Assembly: GCA_009602735.1 (NCBI GenBank)
Contig: WELA01000694.1
Span: 36,306-100,305 of the forward strand
Direction: 5' to 3'
Length of the DNA stretch: 64,000 nucleotides
Source of the DNA: Mesotaenium endlicherianum
Taxonomy: Eukaryota
Shown here: in pieces, positions 61,394 through 64,000 of the stretch
Layout: the number at the start of each line of letters is the position of its first letter
Position numbering within the stretch: the first letter of the stretch is position 1
Position numbers and translations under genes: made by a program
The notes under the pieces: model-generated
The model's database searches: none
Told to the model about the DNA's origin: nothing
The model's input: only the letters and a program-made list of their open reading frames with translations

Positions 61394-63451
61394 TCTATGT
61401 TGCTGATGGTCTCCTTTATATGTTTGCCAGGCATGCATAGTGAATCCAGTTCAGCAAGACCCATAATACATGCTACGAGGGAAGCTAGTGACGACTCACT
61501 ATCTCTAGCATCCTCACAGTCAGTAGACTGGATTACTGACTGTTGCTGTCTTTTAAAGGCTGATCCTTTCTCTCGACCCTTGGAAGGTGCTCGTTAGGGT
61601 ACTGCTCTCCGTGGTGGCCCAATTGTTGTCAATGGTAGCAAATTTGTTGAGGCTGGTCTTGGCTTAGTCCTACCACCACCTCTTCTATAACCACCTCGAG
61701 CGTGTCCACCCCTCCCTCTAGAGTGCATAGAACTACACTCATACTCATACTCACCACTCTGATCGTCCTCAGCCTGATCTCCTTCAATGGCATTGTAGGA
61801 ACCATAGGGTTTTTTGACAATCTTAGACACCAAAGCATTACTCTGGCGCTTGTGATTGATTTGCTGCTCATCCCAGGCATCAGCATCCTGGATCAAGTCA
61901 GCCAGTTTCTCATATTTTTTTTCAGCAAAATGGCATGAGACCTTGGATTTAAAGCCATACCTGAAGTATGCTATCCTATACAGCCCTGGCAATTCTGGCT
62001 GCTTCATCATGTTCTCTTGGAACTTTTGAGCAAACTTAGTGATTGAAGTGGTCTGCTTTAGTGTCAAGGAGATCATTGCATAGATAGCTTTCTCCTGCTG
62101 ATTGATAACATCAATTTTCTTATGCAACTTCTCGACAAACTCTACCCAAGTAGGGTCATCGAGTTATTGAGGCTTACGCTCTTCTTTCCATTACAGCCAC
62201 CAGTCTGCTGCACTGCCTTTCAGTAGAGCACTAGTGTGCCTGACTTTCTCGTAGTCATGCAGTTCTAGGTAGTTCGCCAGCCACTGCTCAGCATCCGCGA
62301 GAAACTTGATCAAGTAATACTTTTTGTTTCCCTCACGGTCATAGTCCTGAGGAGATTTTGGCTTAGACTACTAGGCCATTTGCCACCACCATCTGTGGTT
62401 TGAGAACCCAGTTGGTCTCTGTCACGCAGCAGTGCCATCGTGATCCTTTTGTCCTCCTGTTGGGACTGATACATGCATGCCATTTGCGATTGCATCTGAA
62501 CAAATAATGCTCCCAGATCTACATTCGGAGGTGGTAGCCCAGCAAACGCAACAGCAGCAACATTAGCTTGATTAGTAGCAGCTTCGGCATTGCCAATTGC
62601 TGCCGCTCCGGCTATGCGTGTTGCACTCAGTTGTCTACAAATCTGAGGGATAGGTATAACAGTAGGCACAACAGGAGGTTGGTTTAGGCGATTGGCCCTC
62701 TCTGCCATCTGCTCTTCCACCGTCCTTTCATCAGGGGCCCTCCTGTTTACTGCCTCCTCTACCTATTTGGCTATACGCTCATCCTCAGCAAGCTGAGCCA
62801 CTACTGCAGGAAGAGTTGCTGCCTCCTCTGCAGCTTCTCTAGCTCCTGCATCATGCAACGTTTCTAAGTAGGTACGGGGTCCAAAGCCGCGACATTTGTC
62901 CTGCCCTTCTACAATGTTATCAATGTCCTCACCCTCTATCTCCCAAGAGTTGCTAGTTTGAGACCTAGTCCTTACCATACAAGACTACTGTGATAATTGC
63001 TCCGATACCACTGAAATGAATCGACTTACCAAAAGGCGTTTAACAATTAATGGAAGATCTTCATACCAGCAAGGAATCTTTATGGTATTTTCTGTTTACC
63101 ACTTTAACAGCAAAAGACAACACGCTAGCGAGGAGTATATTTTCAAGTCAAATGCAAGTAAACTAGCATCAATCATGCAATTAGTAAACTCATACATAAG
63201 CAAGACTAGAGGTCAGTGCGTATTAATGGCTTCTTGCCTTGAATTCAGATCTCGCTTAGTAAGCTGTACAAGAGAGGTAGCCTCGTTTCCGAATGCCGAA
63301 CTCGATAGCAATACCTGGCATATACACATGGAATGAGTTTAATATTCAACGGCAAGTGCGATGGCACCGCCTACCTGGGAGTTAACCACGTCGGTAGGAC
63401 CTCGGCTAACCAAATCCACAGCCATCTCCTATCATCCCGAATCGCCATCTA

Positions 63452-63955
63452 TGTAGTAATTTGAATTATAATATATTATCTGGCATATAATTTAGTGCTT
63501 TTGAATATATTTGGAGTAGTATTGTGTGGAGTCAAGTGTGAATAGATACTCTAGTGACTTGGTTCATGTCTTTTGAACCTTCTAAGGCATTTTTGAAGTT
63601 AGAGGAAGGACCTAGAAGAACTCCATGTGGCAAAAGTCAAATGTGCCATTTTTAGGTCAAAAGGACACGTGTACATTATTCTAGAAAAAGGTGGCAAGTT
63701 TTGGGATGTGTTGGGTGCCAACACATCAACATGCACCTTCCTAGAAATTACTCATGTAGCAAGTATATAAACAAGAGCTACAACATAGAAAGACATTCCA
63801 GAATCACTCTTGTAATTGCCAAATTCCAGAAATATATTAACTTTCAAGAAGCCATCTCTCTTTGAAGAAGCTACCACTTGTGTTCAAAGATCCTTGTCTT
63901 GAAATAGATAAAGTATTATATTTCACTAAGTACTTTATCTATCTGTTTCACTACA
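63452..63955. mobile_element. Solo LTR (504 bp) of another family inserted in the 5' LTR of element C
   Basis: TGTAGT...ACTACA termini; near-TSD ATCTA/ATTTA; TATA-like tatataaa near 63764; C LTR sequence resumes after it. Confidence 0.82.
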
Positions 63956-64000
63956 ATTTACCTTAAGGGTGTCATCTGGCCACTCATCTAGCCTATCACA

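Larger units (their letters stand above)
59503..64000 (-). mobile_element. Element C: internally deleted B-family chromovirus copy; its 5' LTR runs off the window
   Basis: 5' LTR from 63012 onwards, PBS 62999-63010, gag 62978-~61600, protease region to ~59880, integrase fragment ~59875-59590 and 3' LTR remnant 59503-~59590, all homologous to B. Confidence 0.92.

Overview
Eukaryotic, intron-rich genomic DNA that looks like a green plant or streptophyte alga (inferred from gene families, GC-rich exons and microsatellite-rich introns). The left half (1-33 kb) holds five host genes: the 3' end of a flavin amine oxidase, a two-exon plastid-type protein, a 15-exon subtilase (-), a RIN13-like Cys/His protein with a very long low-complexity tail, and a MAPKKK (-). 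The right half (35-64 kb) is a nest of transposons. The main result is a decayed Ty3/gypsy-like retroelement (element A, 35283-56166). Its pol frame carries a C5 DNA cytosine methyltransferase domain between protease and RT and ends in a PHD finger. Its repeats are arranged as split direct repeats (A1-ORFs-B1-A2-B2) with TGTCG...CGACA termini and a palindromic B1/A2 junction, not as two ordinary LTRs. Nested in A are a full-length chromovirus with an extra ORF (element B), a solo LTR with a tRNA-like segment, and a second solo LTR. Further right lie a Harbinger transposase pseudogene, a hAT-type MITE and a deleted B-family copy carrying two more solo LTRs. All calls were made by eye, with no database searches.
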